The position numbers were made by a program, and so were the translations under genes. From the NCBI RefSeq assembly GCF_964213995.1, contig NC_135816.1:51522001-51586000 (forward strand): a stretch of 64,000 bases of DNA, in the 5' to 3' direction. Shown here in pieces: positions 49,976 to 62,788 of the stretch (positions are counted from its first letter, which is position 1; every line of letters begins with the position of its first letter). The DNA is from Mustelus asterias (lineage: Eukaryota). A model generated the notes under the pieces. The model made no database searches and was not told the DNA's origin. It saw only the letters and a list, made by a program, of their open reading frames with translations.

Positions 49976-50989
49976 GGCCAAATTTTTCCGGCTGTTCTCA
50001 CGGCAGGATCTCCCGGTCCCGCCGACAGCTTGTGAGTTCCCTGGCGGCAGAGGGTGCGAACAACAGGAAAACCCATTGGGGACAATTTTACCATTGCGTT
50101 GTGCCCGTTTTTGGGCGCAACCCTGTGGTAAAGTCGGGCATAAAGCGCTTAACGTGATTAGCACCGATTTCCGCAGCCGGCGCCGTTTTAAGAGCGCCGG
50201 ATTTCCAGCGCAGTCAGCCTCTGGCCGGAAATGGGCAAGAGGCAGGTTAACGCCTCTTGCCCATTAAAAATTTATGTTAATGTTGTTTTACATTTGCTTA
50301 GTGAGCTTGGCGCTCGATCATCCGGGCCTGCCCTGCTTTATGACCTCGCCGGGAAAGGTTCTCACCAGCGAGAAATAGACATGCTCCCCATGAACAAGGA
50401 GCAGTCGACTTGGCCTCGCCGGTGGAACCAGAGGCCATTGAGGTTCCTGGGAGTAATCGAGGGGAAGAAGGGGTACCCCTTGGGCAGTGCCAGACTGGAA
50501 GTGTCACCCTGGCGCCTGGGCAAAGCCCACAGAGGTCCACAATCGGTGGGGGAGGGAGGACCGCGATCGGTCTGGGCGCAAGCCCCCACGATTGCAGGTG
50601 GGGAGGGGGAGGGGGTGTTGCTTCAAGCTGTCTGCACTATCAGAGGCCTGACAGCTCTCTCTTTTCTGTCAGACCCCTGCTACTGCTAATGCACATATGC
50701 AGTATCAGAGGCCTGCACATGCGCACTAACTTCCTCTGTAGGGTTTCGGGCTTCTGCTGCGAGCAACAGACTTGCTCAAACTTTTGCAGGCGGAGTGTGT
50801 ATGGGGGAGGGGGGGGGGGCAACATGCTCAAAAGACGGATCTGAAACTCTCCCAGTTTCCCCGCCCAGCTCTTAGAAAAAAAAAGGTAAAATCGCCCCCA
50901 TTGACAACGGCGGGAACAGAAGATCCTGCATGTGGTCAATGTCGGGCCATCTTCTCAAAACAGGGGTGGTGGGGTGGGGGAATCCCACC
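49976..50989. mobile_element. Short MITE in CR1, itself split by another MITE
   Basis: ggccaaatttttcc ... gggaatcccacc with AAA flanks. The halves rejoin as aaaacccatt|gacaacggcggg. Confidence 0.75.
50078..50899. mobile_element. MITE (about 820 bp) nested inside a MITE
   Basis: TIRs GGGGACAATTTTACC / GGTAAAATCGCCCCC; TSD ATT (50075-50077, 50900-50902). Confidence 0.85.
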
Positions 50990-51399
50990 AAAAGTGATTG
51001 TTTAGTTTCTCCGCCATTTCCCTATTCTCGAGTAAAAGCTCTCCCATCTTGACCTGGAACGGACCCACATTTTTCCTTGTTAATCTTTTTCTTTTCACAT
51101 TCCTTAAAGAAGCTTTTGCAGTCTGCCTTTATGTTATTCACTAGCTTGCATTCATATTCTCCTTTCCCTTTCTTTATCAGTTTCTTGGTCATCCTTTGCT
51201 GGATTCTGAATTGCTCCCAATCCTCGGGTTTACCCCACTTTTCCTGGCAATCTTATAAAGTCACTTCCTTTGATCTAATGCAGTCTTTAACTTTTTTTAT
51301 TAGCCACTTTGGTATTCCAGTACAACCTGTAACCTCAAGGCCTGACATACCCCTCACTCCATCGTTATCATCAAGTGAGGGGAACAATACTGGTTCAAT

Positions 51400-52635
51400 A
51401 AGACGTTGGGAAAGCATTCAATACGAGCTAAGAAACAATAGAAACACAATGACATTAGTGAGCGCATTCTATTGGTCACCAACTCGAGGAAAAAGGTATT
51501 GAGGAACAAATTTGCTAAGAAATTACAGAGAGGTGCAAAAACTATAGTCTAATTATAATGGGGACAGGACAAGGAAAGAGGTTCTACATAGACAGCATTA
51601 GAATCAATCATTAAGGACGTTATAGCTGGGCACTTAAGTTATTTGAAGGAGTAACATGTGCTGTAGATAAAGGGGAGCCTGTGGGCATGCTGTATGTGGA
51701 TTTCCAGAAGGCACTTGGTAATGTGCTACGTCAAAGCTTATTGCAAAAAATAAAAGCACATGGTGTAAGAGGTAATTAGCATGGATAGAAGATTGGCTGG
51801 CAGGCAGAAAACAGAGAGTATGCATAAATGGGTCTTTTTCTGATTGGTAGAAGGTGTTGAGTGAGTTCCCACAGGGGTCTGTGCTGGGGCTCAACTTTTT
51901 ACAATTTATATCAGGTGACTTAGATGAGGGGAGTGAAGGCATGGTGGCTAAATTTGCAAATGACTCAGGGATAGGTAGGAAAGTATGTTGTGAAAAGAAC
52001 ATAAGGGGGTTGCAGACAGATGTAAATAGGTTGAGTGAGTGGGCAAAATTCTGGCAGTATTATGTGGGAAAAAGGAATTGTTCAGATTGGCAGGAAGAAT
52101 AAGAGGGATCTTGGTGTTCTAATTCATGAGTCACAAAAACTTAGTATGCAGGTACACGTAATTAATAAGGCTAATGGAATGCTAACCTTTATTATGAGAG
52201 GAATTGAACATTAAAATAAGGATATTATGCTTCAGTTATACAGGGCATAGGTGAGAACACATCGCGAATATTGTATGCAGTTTTGGTCTCCTTATTTAAG
52301 GAAGGATGTAAATGCTTTGGAGGTGGTTCAGAGGAGATAACCTGGAATGAGCAGGCTGTCTTAGGAGGATAGGATGGACAGACTGGCCTCGTTTCCATTA
52401 AAGTGAGGATGACTTGATTAAAATATGTAAGATCCTGAATGGATGTGGAAAGGATGCTTCCTCTTGTGGTTGAGTCCAGAACTAGGGGGCACTGTTTTAA
52501 AATTAGGGGTTACCCTTTTATACAGAGGTGAGAAGAAATATTTTCTCTGAGAGTTGTGCGACTTTGGAACATCTGCCTCTTAAGGTGGTCATTGAAAGTC
52601 TTTAAGTCAGAAGTAGATAAATTCTTAAATAAACA
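51400..52635 (+). mobile_element. Decayed CR1 LINE with internal deletions (EN fragment joined to RT and 3' part)
   Basis: ELRNNRNTMTLVSAFYWSP (EN-like), PQGSVLG, VAKFANDS, YCMQFWSPYLRKD. Confidence 0.85.
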
Positions 52636-52805
52636 AAATACTGCCGATGCTGGAATCTGAAACAAGAACATAGGAAGCTGGGAAACTCAGCAGGTCTGCC
52701 AGCATCTATCAGGAGAGAAACACAGTCAACGGACCAGAGAATCCTGTTGCCGTGAACGGCCAGAGAATCCCGTCCAAGGTTTCGAGTCTGGACCCTTCAC
52801 CCAAA
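52636..52805 (+). mobile_element. Short shark interspersed repeat (same family as 27100-27196) containing a ~45-bp mini-insert
   Basis: gatgctggaatctgaaac..aaactcagcaggtctgccagcatct..gagagaaacacagtcaac [ggaccagagaatcc...gagaatcccgtcc] gtttcgagtc. Confidence 0.6.
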
Positions 52806-52851
52806 TAGAATTAAGTGGGGCAGGACTATTATCAGTGTGATGAAAACATAT

Positions 52852-53180
52852 GGGTGGCACAGTGGTTAGCACTGCTGCCTCACAGCACCTGGGACCCGGG
52901 TTCAATTCTAGCCTTGGATAATTGGCTGTGTGGAATTTGCACGTTCTCTTCATGTCTGCGTGGGTTTCCTCTGGATGCTCCAGTTTCCTCCCACAGTCCA
53001 AAAATGTTCAGATTAGGTGATTTGACTTTGCTAAATTGCCCCTCAAGTAGGTAAAGTAGATTAGGGATTACAGGGATTGAGTGGCCGGAGGGTGGGGTAG
53101 GGAGTGGTGTGTGGGCATGGGTAAGATGCTGAGTAGATGTGGACACGATGGACTGAATGGCCTTCTTCTGCACTGTAGGT
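52852..53180 (+). mobile_element. HE1-type V-SINE
   Basis: Head, V core and atggccttcttctgcactgtagg tail. Confidence 0.88.
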
Positions 53181-53459
53181 ACTCCTTCTCCCTGGATTAA
53201 AAAGGAGATAGAAAGTAAGATGAAGAAGAAAATGAAAGCGAGAATCAGGTTGAATGTAAAATGTTCAGAGAGGAATGAAAAAAGTAATAAGAAAAACGAG
53301 AGTATGAGAAGAGACTTGCAACGAACACAGAAGGGAATCCAGAAGTCTTCCATTGGCATATTAATAGTAAAATGGTAATAAAAGAAGAGGTGGGACTAAT
53401 TAGCGGACAAACAGTGGATCTATGAATGCGAGAGGGGATGACTGCATAGCAAATAAGTG

Positions 53460-53742
53460 AAGCATGGTAGTTGGCACTGCTGCCTCACAGCGCCAGGTTC
53501 AATTCCCAGCTTGGGTCACTGTCTGTGTGGAGTCTGCACAGTCTCCTTGTGTCTGAGTGGGCTTCCTTCGGGTGGTCCAGTTTCCTTCCACGGTCCGAAA
53601 GACATGCTGATTAGGTGTATTGACCATGCTAAATTCTCGCACAGTGTACCCGAACAGGCGCCAGAGAGTGGTGACTAGGGGATTTTCGCAGTAATTTCAC
53701 TGCAGTGTTAATGTAAGCCTACTTGTGATACTAATAAAAAAA
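53460..53742 (+). mobile_element. HE1-like V-SINE with alternative tail
   Basis: Tail gtacccgaacaggcgcc..gtggtgactaggggatttt..aatgtaagcctacttgtga. Confidence 0.85.
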
Positions 53743-53744
53743 AG

Positions 53745-55355
53745 TACTTTGCACTGTCTTTACCAAGGAAGAAGATACAACTAAGGCATAGTGAAAGAGG
53801 AAATAGTTGAGACAGTGGTTGGATTAAAAATTGATAAAGAGCAGGTATTACAAAACTGGTTGCATTTATAAGTCACCAGGACTAGATAAAATGCATCTGA
53901 GAATACCAAGGGAAGTATGGGTGGAAATTGCAGAATGGCCATAATCCTCCAATCCTCTTTAGATATAGGGATGTTTCCGTAAGTCTGGAGAATTACAGAT
54001 GTTGTACCCTTATTTAAAAAGGGGTGTAAGGGTTAGAGCAGCGACCATAGACCAATCAGTTTAACCTCAGTGGTGGGAAAGATTTTAGAAATTATAATCC
54101 AAGTCAAAACTAACAGCCACATGGACAAATGGACAAATGAATTAAGGAAAGCCAGGGTGGGTTTGTTAACAGCAAATTACGTCTAATTAATTTGATTTCA
54201 GGTTTTTTGATGAAGTAACAGATGATTGATAAAGGTAATCCTTTAATGTGGTTCACATAGACTTGCAAATAGCATTCGATCAAGTGGCACAGAACAAGCT
54301 CATCAGCAAAGTCCATGGAATGAAAGGGACATGGACGCACAGTTGGCTGAGTGTCAAGAAACGGAGATTAGTGGTGAATGGTTTTACTTGGGAGTGGATG
54401 AAGTTTGATAGTGAGGTTCCACAGGGCTCAATGCTCCTGATTTTCCCAACCTGTATTAAGGATACTAACTTAGCTGCACAGGGTACAATTTCAAAATGTG
54501 TTGGTGACACAAAACTTGGAAGTTTGTGAACTGTGAGGGGAATATTGACAGATTCCAAGAGGACTTATGGACAGGCTCATGGAATAGGCAGCATGGTGGC
54601 AGATGAAATTTTACAGGGAGAAGTGCAAAATGATACATCTTGGTCGGAAGAATGAGCAGAGGCAACATAAAATAAAGGATACAATTCTAAAAGGGATTCA
54701 AGAGCATAGGTACATGGGTTATATGCGCATAATGTTTTGAATGTATTAGGACAAGTTGAGAAAGTTAGTAAGACATATGAACCCTGAGCTTTGTAGAGGC
54801 ATAGACCAGAAAACCACTGTTTCAATCTCAACTGGAGCAGTGTGTCCAATCCTGAGTATCACACTTTAGGAAGGATTTGAAGCCTTTAGAGAGGGTGCAG
54901 AAAATGTTTGTGAAATGGTTGCCAAGATGGAGAGACCTCAGTTAATGGATAGATTGGGTAAGCTCGGGCATTTATTGCTGGAGAGAAGATTCAACAGTGG
55001 TGTTCAAAATCATGAGTGGTTTGGACAGAGGAAATAGGAATAAACGGATGTTCCCACCTGTACAATGTCCACAAATCAAAGGACACCAATTTAAGGTAAA
55101 CAAAGACAAAAGAACCAAAGGTGACACGAGGAAAAACTGTTAGGATCTGGAATGCACTACCTGAGGGTATGATGGAGGCAAATTCAATTGAGGGTCTCGA
55201 AAGAGAACTGATTAATTATCTTAAGAGACAATAATTGCAGGGTTATGGGGAAAGAGTGGAGAAAGAGACAAACGGAGCTGCACTTGCAGAGAGCCGGCAT
55301 GGACATGAAGGGCCACTTGGCTTCCTTTTGTGGTTCAACCATCCTCTGATTCTAT
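53745..55355 (+). mobile_element. Old CR1 LINE (RT plus 3' UTR)
   Basis: IDLQIAFDQV, EVPQGSML, ISKCVGDTKLG; 3' UTR present. Confidence 0.88.
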
Positions 55356-56583
55356 GCCAGGCGCAACACCAGGCATATCAAAGAATGAAGGGCCAACCTA
55401 GTGAAGTTACAACATAGGACACCATGCATGCTAAATAGTGGAAGCAGAAAATATGACCAAGCTAAGTGATTCCACGAACAATCAGATCAAAGTTCTTCAG
55501 TCCTGCACATCCAATGGTAGTGAAAAATTAAACTGTCCAGGGGAGGGGACTACAGGAACATTTCCATTCTCAATGATGGGGGAGCCAGTGCAAAAGACAA
55601 GGCTGAACAATTTGCATCCATCTTCAGCCTGATGAGGCAAGTTGATGATTCATGTGTTACAGATGGACGGATGTATGGGGAGGGTTAAACTGTGCTAATT
55701 TCTCCTCTCATCACCAATCTGCTTCTCCCTTTATAAGAAGTGGTGTATTTCCCAACCCTTCAGTTTTGGTGATATCCAATTTCTATTATCTATAAGACAA
55801 ACTCAGAGGGTTAGTTTATTTGCACACACTCAAAATGCAGGAGAAGGTGTCACTAAATTGCATTCATACAATAAATGAGGAGGATGGAGAAAAAAGGATT
55901 TACAGTCATACAAAGAATCATGTGAGTCCAGAATCAAAAGTCCAGTGGTGAATTCTTTCACAGTGGTTGGCAGGCTGAATTGATGCTGAATAATTCATTC
56001 CTGTAGTAGACTTTTACAATGAGATAGACATGTGGAGTTATTAATTAGTCTACATCAGTCATGTGGGCAATGGTATAGAAGTTCAGAAGTTACAGTAGAA
56101 ACTATGTAGAAAGGGCCAGGCATTCAAACCTGGCAGAGTCCCTGTGTTGCTGCTTGGTAGATGGAAGATGGCAGACTGATTTGCAATACAGGAAGACAGT
56201 ATAACTGGTTCCCTCAGCTAAAGGGGTCATATGACACCCTACTCTCCACTTGGCTTTGACAGAGGGTGTGTATTCCTTTGCCAGGGTTCCTGAGATTGTT
56301 AATGTTCCAACAATTAAGAATTTGAAAGGAAGGTTGCAGGGCTCTTTGCCCAAGCAGATGACTTAGTTCCAGTAGGTCAGGCTTAGCTTATGAAATAAAG
56401 ATGGCATTTGTATAATCCCCTCTGAATTTGGTCTCTGCAGTTCACAGAAATAACGAGGTGCAATTCTTTGCGATACTGCCCTGATAGTTTTATTGTTTGG
56501 GGGTCACAGCTAGACATAGCTTCAATCATTTTGAAGGTCATTGCCCAGTTTTCAAATTTTAGGAATTATACAAAAATCACTGT

Positions 56584-57277
56584 GGGTGCGATATTTCCGC
56601 CCTGCAGCACTGATCGATTAGCGTGGCGGGGCAGGAAACGTGACGGAGAATAAAACTGCGAATCGAGCCTAGTGTCAGGCCATTCACAATCCTCCCAGGC
56701 CATTTTTCAAGACATAATCAGCCTTGCGCTGGGGAAGGGGGCGAGGTTGATTTATATACATCATGTTTATTCAAATATGATTAGTGAGCCGGGGATGCAA
56801 TAGTCCGGGCTCACGTAGCTTTCCGACCACGTTGGTTGAGGTCCTGAGGATCAGAGATGGTCCCCATCAACGAGCACCGGATGTGGTGGCCTCACCAGTG
56901 GGACCGGACGGTATGACTGCCCACTAGGCAGTGCCAAAGGAGTGGGGCTCAAGGGTGCAAGGCCAGATGGTGTAGGGAAGGGAGGTCGGTAGGAGGGAAA
57001 ACTCTGCATTGGAGGTATGGGGGCTGGTGGTGTGGCCGGCAATTGTAGGTTGGAGCGGGGGTTGGTTGGGGGACAGCGGTCTTTGGGGGTGGGTGGCAGT
57101 TGGGAGGGGCAGCACCGATCCAGGGAGGGGGGGAGGTGGGGGGGTGATGTTCGACTGCCAAAAAAATTGATAGTGTGGGAAAATTGCTTGGGATAGCTTG
57201 CTGAAAAATGCCAGAGTGAAACACTCCAGTTTTCAGACTTTAGTGACACTTAGAATTTTGGGGGGAAAGTTCCGCCC
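56584..57277. mobile_element. MITE (about 690 bp)
   Basis: Degenerate TIRs gggtgcgatatttcc / ggaaagttccgccc; cacttagaat subterminal motif shared with 44076 and 48686. Confidence 0.7.
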
Positions 57278-57309
57278 GTATATTTCATAAAAATGTGATG
57301 CAAGGTCTT

Positions 57310-58435
57310 AACCCATAGTTGAGATGAGGCAGACTGATTGTCCTTGACATCAAGACATCATTCAGTGGCGTCAAGAGCCCCAGCAAATATGAAATGAATT
57401 CTGTGATTTTGTTTGTATGTACACAATGAGTGGTTCAGGTCTGGAACACACTGCCTGAGAGTGTGGTAGAGACAGGTTCAATTGAGGCATTCAAGAGGGA
57501 ATTAGATGATTACTTGAACAGAATCAATGTGCAGGATTACGGAGAGAAGGCAGGAGAATAGCACTAGATGAATTGCTTATTCAGAGAGCTGGTGCAGGCA
57601 CAATGGGCCAAATGGTCTCTTTCTGCCCCAGAACAATTCTGTGACTCAATGAAGAAAATTCTCCACTGATTCGAGTCATACCAAACACAAAGGAAGATTA
57701 TTGTGTCGGTGTTAAGAGTCCAATCATCACAGCCCCAATTTACCATTGCAGGAATTCATCATTCTAGGCTCAGCTATAATCAAACAACTTCATCCATGAC
57801 CTCCTTCCATCATGACATCAGAAGTGGGGATGGTCACCGATGATTGCACAATGTTCAGCACGACTTGTGACTCCTCAGATATTGAAGTAGTCCATGTCCA
57901 AATGCAGCAAGGCTTGGGCAACATTTAGGCTTGGGGCAGTAAGTGGCAAGTAACATAGATTAATAGAGCTCCAACAAGATGCAGGAAGTTCAATATCATC
58001 CAAATCAAAGCAGCCCATTTAATTGTTCCCTATTAATTGCCTTGAACACGTAATCCCTACATAAACCAGCCGAGATTGGCAGCAGTGTGTAGAATCTACA
58101 ATATGTACTGCAGCAATTTGCCCAGGTTCCTTCAACAGCGCCTTACAAACCCATGACCTCTACAACCTAAAAGACAAGGGCAGCAGATCAATGGAAACAC
58201 CACCTCTGGTGAGTTCCCCTCCAATTCACACACGTACTGACTCAGAACTAGACTGCTGTTCCTTCATTATCACTGAGTTAAAGTCATGGAACTCCATTCC
58301 TAACAGCAGTGGGTGTACTTGCACCACATGGCTTGCAGCAGTTGAAGTAAGAGGTTTACAACCATCTTCTCAAAGGTAATTAGGGATGGGCAATAAATGT
58401 TGGCTGTGTAGTGATGCTTACACTCTATGAACAAA
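57310..58435 (+). mobile_element. Decayed CR1-clade LINE 3' portion with an inserted CR1 3' end (about 57420-57645)
   Basis: Degenerate RT pieces (gatgattgcacaatgttc = DDCTMF; aagtggcaagtaaca = KWQVT); tail tagggatgggcaataaatg. Confidence 0.65.
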
Positions 58436-59787
58436 TGATGAAAATGAACTAGGTGAGACTTCTTTTTTGCTCAGCAAAGACACCTTCTTCGATAGAACAG
58501 CCTGTTAAAGATCACTGTCTAGGTTAAAGTATGAAGTATGACCACTTTTGGGAGAAATTGAGGCTGCCTCTATATTTGGAACTGCATTCTGACAAAAGGC
58601 AGTTCTTTCAGGAAAGGAAAGTGGGGGCGGGCAGCGGAAGTGGTTATTTTTTTTCCCCCAATAAGTATCCCAGTAGTAGAGTACATAAGAGCCAATTCAA
58701 ACAAACATCAAATGTACCACAAGCAACTTACGATTCACAGATTGCAGGAATATTGGAGAGGATGTGGTCAGACTGTCAAATTTCTGCACATCTTGGTCAT
58801 GTCCTCAATCAAACCACATTCTGGGAATGATTTGGGATAGCAGAATGTCTGTGGCCAATATTGAGATCTCATCAGGCCCATGCTCTTGCCTACTGGACCT
58901 GTCCCCAGAGGCGCCTGGGTCATTTGAGGTTCAGATTAGTACAACCCTAACTACTGGAATGATACAGGAGGAAGCCATATGGCCCATTATGCCTCCACTG
59001 GCTCTTTGATAGAGCTATTCATACATGAATAATTTTGCACTCTAAGCAATCTCAGTTGCTCATGGAAAATCAAATTAGAAAACTGAAGATGGAAGTGCGG
59101 TATGCCAAGCACAATTTTGTGTCTGACATTGGTCAATTTTCATATCATAGTCAAAGGCGATATTGTAAATATATATCACAAGGATCATTTGTCTTTTGTC
59201 ACTCTTTTAAATTTCAAAACATATTTGCCAAAATAACTCTAAAGCTACTTATAAACTAACACTCAAAACTTAAAATAGACTCAGCAATGCTCCATTGTTG
59301 AGTGCTTTATTGTTCTGTAATGCTCTGAGAATTATACTACTGACATTGACTTTTTGTTTTATTGTGCTTTGTGAGAAACATGTCTGTAACTTTTACTCCT
59401 TAATTGATAACATCTTCATCAAAGCAATGGTGTTAGTGCTGGCAGATTTAACACTTTCTCAGCCAAAGTCAAAAACTTGTTTTTATGCAGGGCCTACAAA
59501 ATAAAAATAAATCTCCCGGAGGTGTAATCAGCAAATGGATGCTGAATCAAAGGGATGGTAGGAGAGGTGACCAAAAACTTGGTCTCAATTAGTTACTCCC
59601 AGGTCAGACATGGCATGGACTAGCTATAAAATAATGTTTCTTCTCTGTCTCAATGCTAGCTTCCGAAAAGCTTCTTTCTTATTCAGTGCATTTTTTTCCC
59701 ATTTCATACATCAGTTACCTTTATGGCCTTTCTGAATGATTTAAAGCCAGTGCTAAATTTTAAACTGTAGTTTTAAATAGTAACTTA

Positions 59788-60098
59788 GGTGCAGCACGGT
59801 GGCACAGCGGTTAGCATTGCTGCCTCACAGCACCAGGAACCCGGGTTTGATTCCTGGCTTGGGTGACTGTCTGTGTGGAGTTTGCACATTCTCCCCATGT
59901 CTGTGTGGGTTTCCTCTAGGTGCTCTGATTTCCTCCCACAGCCCAAAGATGTGTAGGTTAGGTTGATTGGCCATGCTAGTGTCAGGGGGATTAGCAGGGT
60001 AAATACAGATTTTTACAGGGATAGGGTCTGGGTGGGATTGTTGTCACTGCAAGCTCCATGAGCCAAATGGCCTCCTTCTGCATTGTAGGGATTCTATG
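59788..60098 (+). mobile_element. HE1-type V-SINE
   Basis: Full head, V core and tagggattctatg tail. Confidence 0.92.
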
Positions 60099-60458
60099 GT
60101 CTGTTCTTCAATAGTTGGGGAAATCTTTTCCCCCAGTGTGATACTAAGCCACATTGATTAGGAAAGTTCCTAATTTGATTTTGTGCTGATGTAACTGAGT
60201 TCACTTTGGACTTGAAGGGGTAATATTACAATGAAGCTCAGTAGTGGGTCATCAGTTGATGTTCACACTCCTACTTTCACTCAAAGATGAAAGGAAGTTA
60301 TATTTTGTAAGATACTGCAGGCATTTGACAACGATGGAACTTCTGCTGCACAAGTCTTCATGAAAGAGGGGGCAAATTTTTTTTTAAAAAACCAATCCAT
60401 TCATCTGATGAAACAGTGAAAGTTATTTATAATAGCTGAAAATTGCACAACTTTTCAA

Positions 60459-60567
60459 AATCATAGAAATCATAGAAACCCTACAGTGCAGAAGGAGGCC
60501 ATTCGGCCCATCGAGTCTGCACCGACCACAATCCCACCCAGGCCCTACCCCCACATATTTACCCGCT
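60459..60567 (-). mobile_element. Young HE1 SINE 3' fragment
   Basis: Matches the 3' end of the young copies at 16834 and 33590. Confidence 0.9.
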
Positions 60568-62506
60568 GTTCTGTGTAACAGCTGTAATGCTTAAAAAGTA
60601 ATAACATGATGAAGTTACACATTACAATTCTGCACTGATCACAGTGTGAGTTAGATACCTTGTGTTGCAGTGAATTCCTGCTTTTTCCAAGATGCTAAAC
60701 GATATGTGTTGATACATGCAGAGACATTTTGAAATAAGTTATCATTCTCCTTGAAAACTTCTAAAGCAGCAATCAGAAATAACAGCAATTGCGCAGTTGC
60801 TTAATTTTGCACATGCCTATATTTTTGGCAAAATCCCCTTGAAACAATATATAAATGAAACTTAAATAAACTAGGCACTGTTTGAGTGAAATTTGGTATT
60901 CAAAACCTATGAACAATCAAACCGTAAAAGCAATCTCATCCCTGCTCTACCACAACTTCCTCTTGTTTTATCCATTTCTTTGGTCTTACATCATGCACCA
61001 TTTTTTGCATGTTCATGCCATTATTCCACCTTTCAAATCCAGTTTGGAGTACAGCTTCAAAACATAATTCAGTGGTTCACATACAACAATTCTGTGAAAA
61101 GTGTTGTGAAAAGAAAATTGCAGACTCAGTGATAACATGTGAGACAGACAGCTCCAAGTAACTTCTTGGATTAAGTGTAGTTTTAAATCCATTGCTGTTG
61201 AATAACCTTCTTACAGGCCACTTGTTTGCTCCAGTCAGAATGAGGTACCGTAAAATCATATTCCAGCCATGTTTTTTTTTGCTATTTTAAAATGACTAAT
61301 TACACAATGAGAGTGGCAGCAATTACATTTGCAGATGTGGCACAAAACATTTTGATTGTTCTGACGGAGAAATTTACCATCCAAGTTGTTTTGTGTCAGT
61401 GAAAAGATTAATAGATGATTACTTGAATAAAAGTGCACCTATATTAAGATTGGAAACATAAATCTTCTTTTGAAGGTGGCAGCTTTTTGAGTGAACCTTA
61501 ACCAAGAAGAAAGTTGAATGCAGTGAAAGAACATATTCAGTCCCAAATTAATCCATTTGTAATCAACAATACAAAAGGTACATGCATGAACCACACCGCA
61601 CTTAGCATTAAGCTGGCCCCCATCCACTGCCAATCAGCTGGCTGCATGGTCCAAAATCATTACAGTTCAAGACCATCCAGCAATGTTAAGAATCATTTAA
61701 GTTATGGCCAAGCGAATTTCTCTAATACCTCTCTTTAGAAACGAAGTCGTTCTCTGGATTATTGCAAGCCCTAATGAAGGAAAATGAATGAAAGTACATG
61801 TGAGGAAAATGAAATCATTTTTCTAAAAGGTTTTGAACTGAGATGTTGAGAAAGCGAACTATATACAACGTAGGAGAATTTACCCTATGCGTGTATAATT
61901 TACGGAATACAGGAATGTAAAATTCATAGCCTGTTTGCTGATCTACACATATGATACATAAGAAGTCCAAGTTATTACACGTACATCAGTTACACAGAAA
62001 CCATGTTAACTTTTTTCTCTATCAATGGTATTATGAAACACTGTTCTTAAGGGAACATGAATTTGAATTCATGTCAATGACATACATGTGCTCTAAATAC
62101 ATCAGGATTGAGTTTCAAATGACCAGTCAGAAGAACCAAACATGGGAACATGCATCTGTTGTAAAGGTTTGCCCTGCCAATAGTACCAATACTATTTTCT
62201 TTTGCTATCAGATCAACTTTTTGCTATGTTTCAGTGACTCGTTTCTGTTGAGTTGTGGCTTTATTTAAGGATTTTATGTTGTTTTGCTTTATAGTCTTAG
62301 TGCTTTTCTTTGGTGTGTTGCTCTCATTGGCATCAATGACATGGTTGGTTAGCTCATTTCTAAAGCATGGAGAAAATAACATATTTTTCACATTATGTCA
62401 CGATCCCCTAAGGTGAGGAACCAGTATATTTATGTTTTCTAATGTAATGTATTTGATTATAAGGCAAAGACCTTGTCAATGAATCTTTCCTATGGAGTCT
62501 TTATGA

Positions 62507-62788
62507 GGCGGCACGGTGGCACAGTGGTTAGCACTGCAGCCTTACAGCAGGGACCCGGGTTTGATTCCCACCTTGAGTCATTGTGCGGAGTCTGCACATT
62601 CTTCCTGTGCCTGCTTTCCTCACACTGTCCGAAAGATGTGCTGGTTAGGTGCATTGACCATGCTAAAATCTCCCTCAGTGTACCTGGACAGGTGCCGGAA
62701 TGTGGCGACTAGGGACTTTTCACAGTAACTTCATTGCAGTGTTAATGTAAGCCTACTTGTGATACAAATAAGTAAACTTTAAACTTTA
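62507..62788 (+). mobile_element. HE1-like V-SINE with alternative tail
   Basis: ggcggcacggtggcacagtggttagcac head; tail gtggcgactaggg..aagcctacttgtga..taaactttaaacttt. Confidence 0.88.

Larger units (their letters stand above)
48003..51310 (-). mobile_element. CR1 LINE (RT plus 3' UTR) carrying three nested MITEs
   Basis: ORFs 49319..49639 (HLDFQKAFDK) and 48843..49310 (GVPQGSLLGP, ISKFADDTKL). CR1 sequence is continuous once the inserts are removed. Confidence 0.92.

Noticed and set aside
55655-56580. Possible solo LTR starting TGTTACAG
   Set aside because: I could not define a CA end, a TSD or a second copy in the window.
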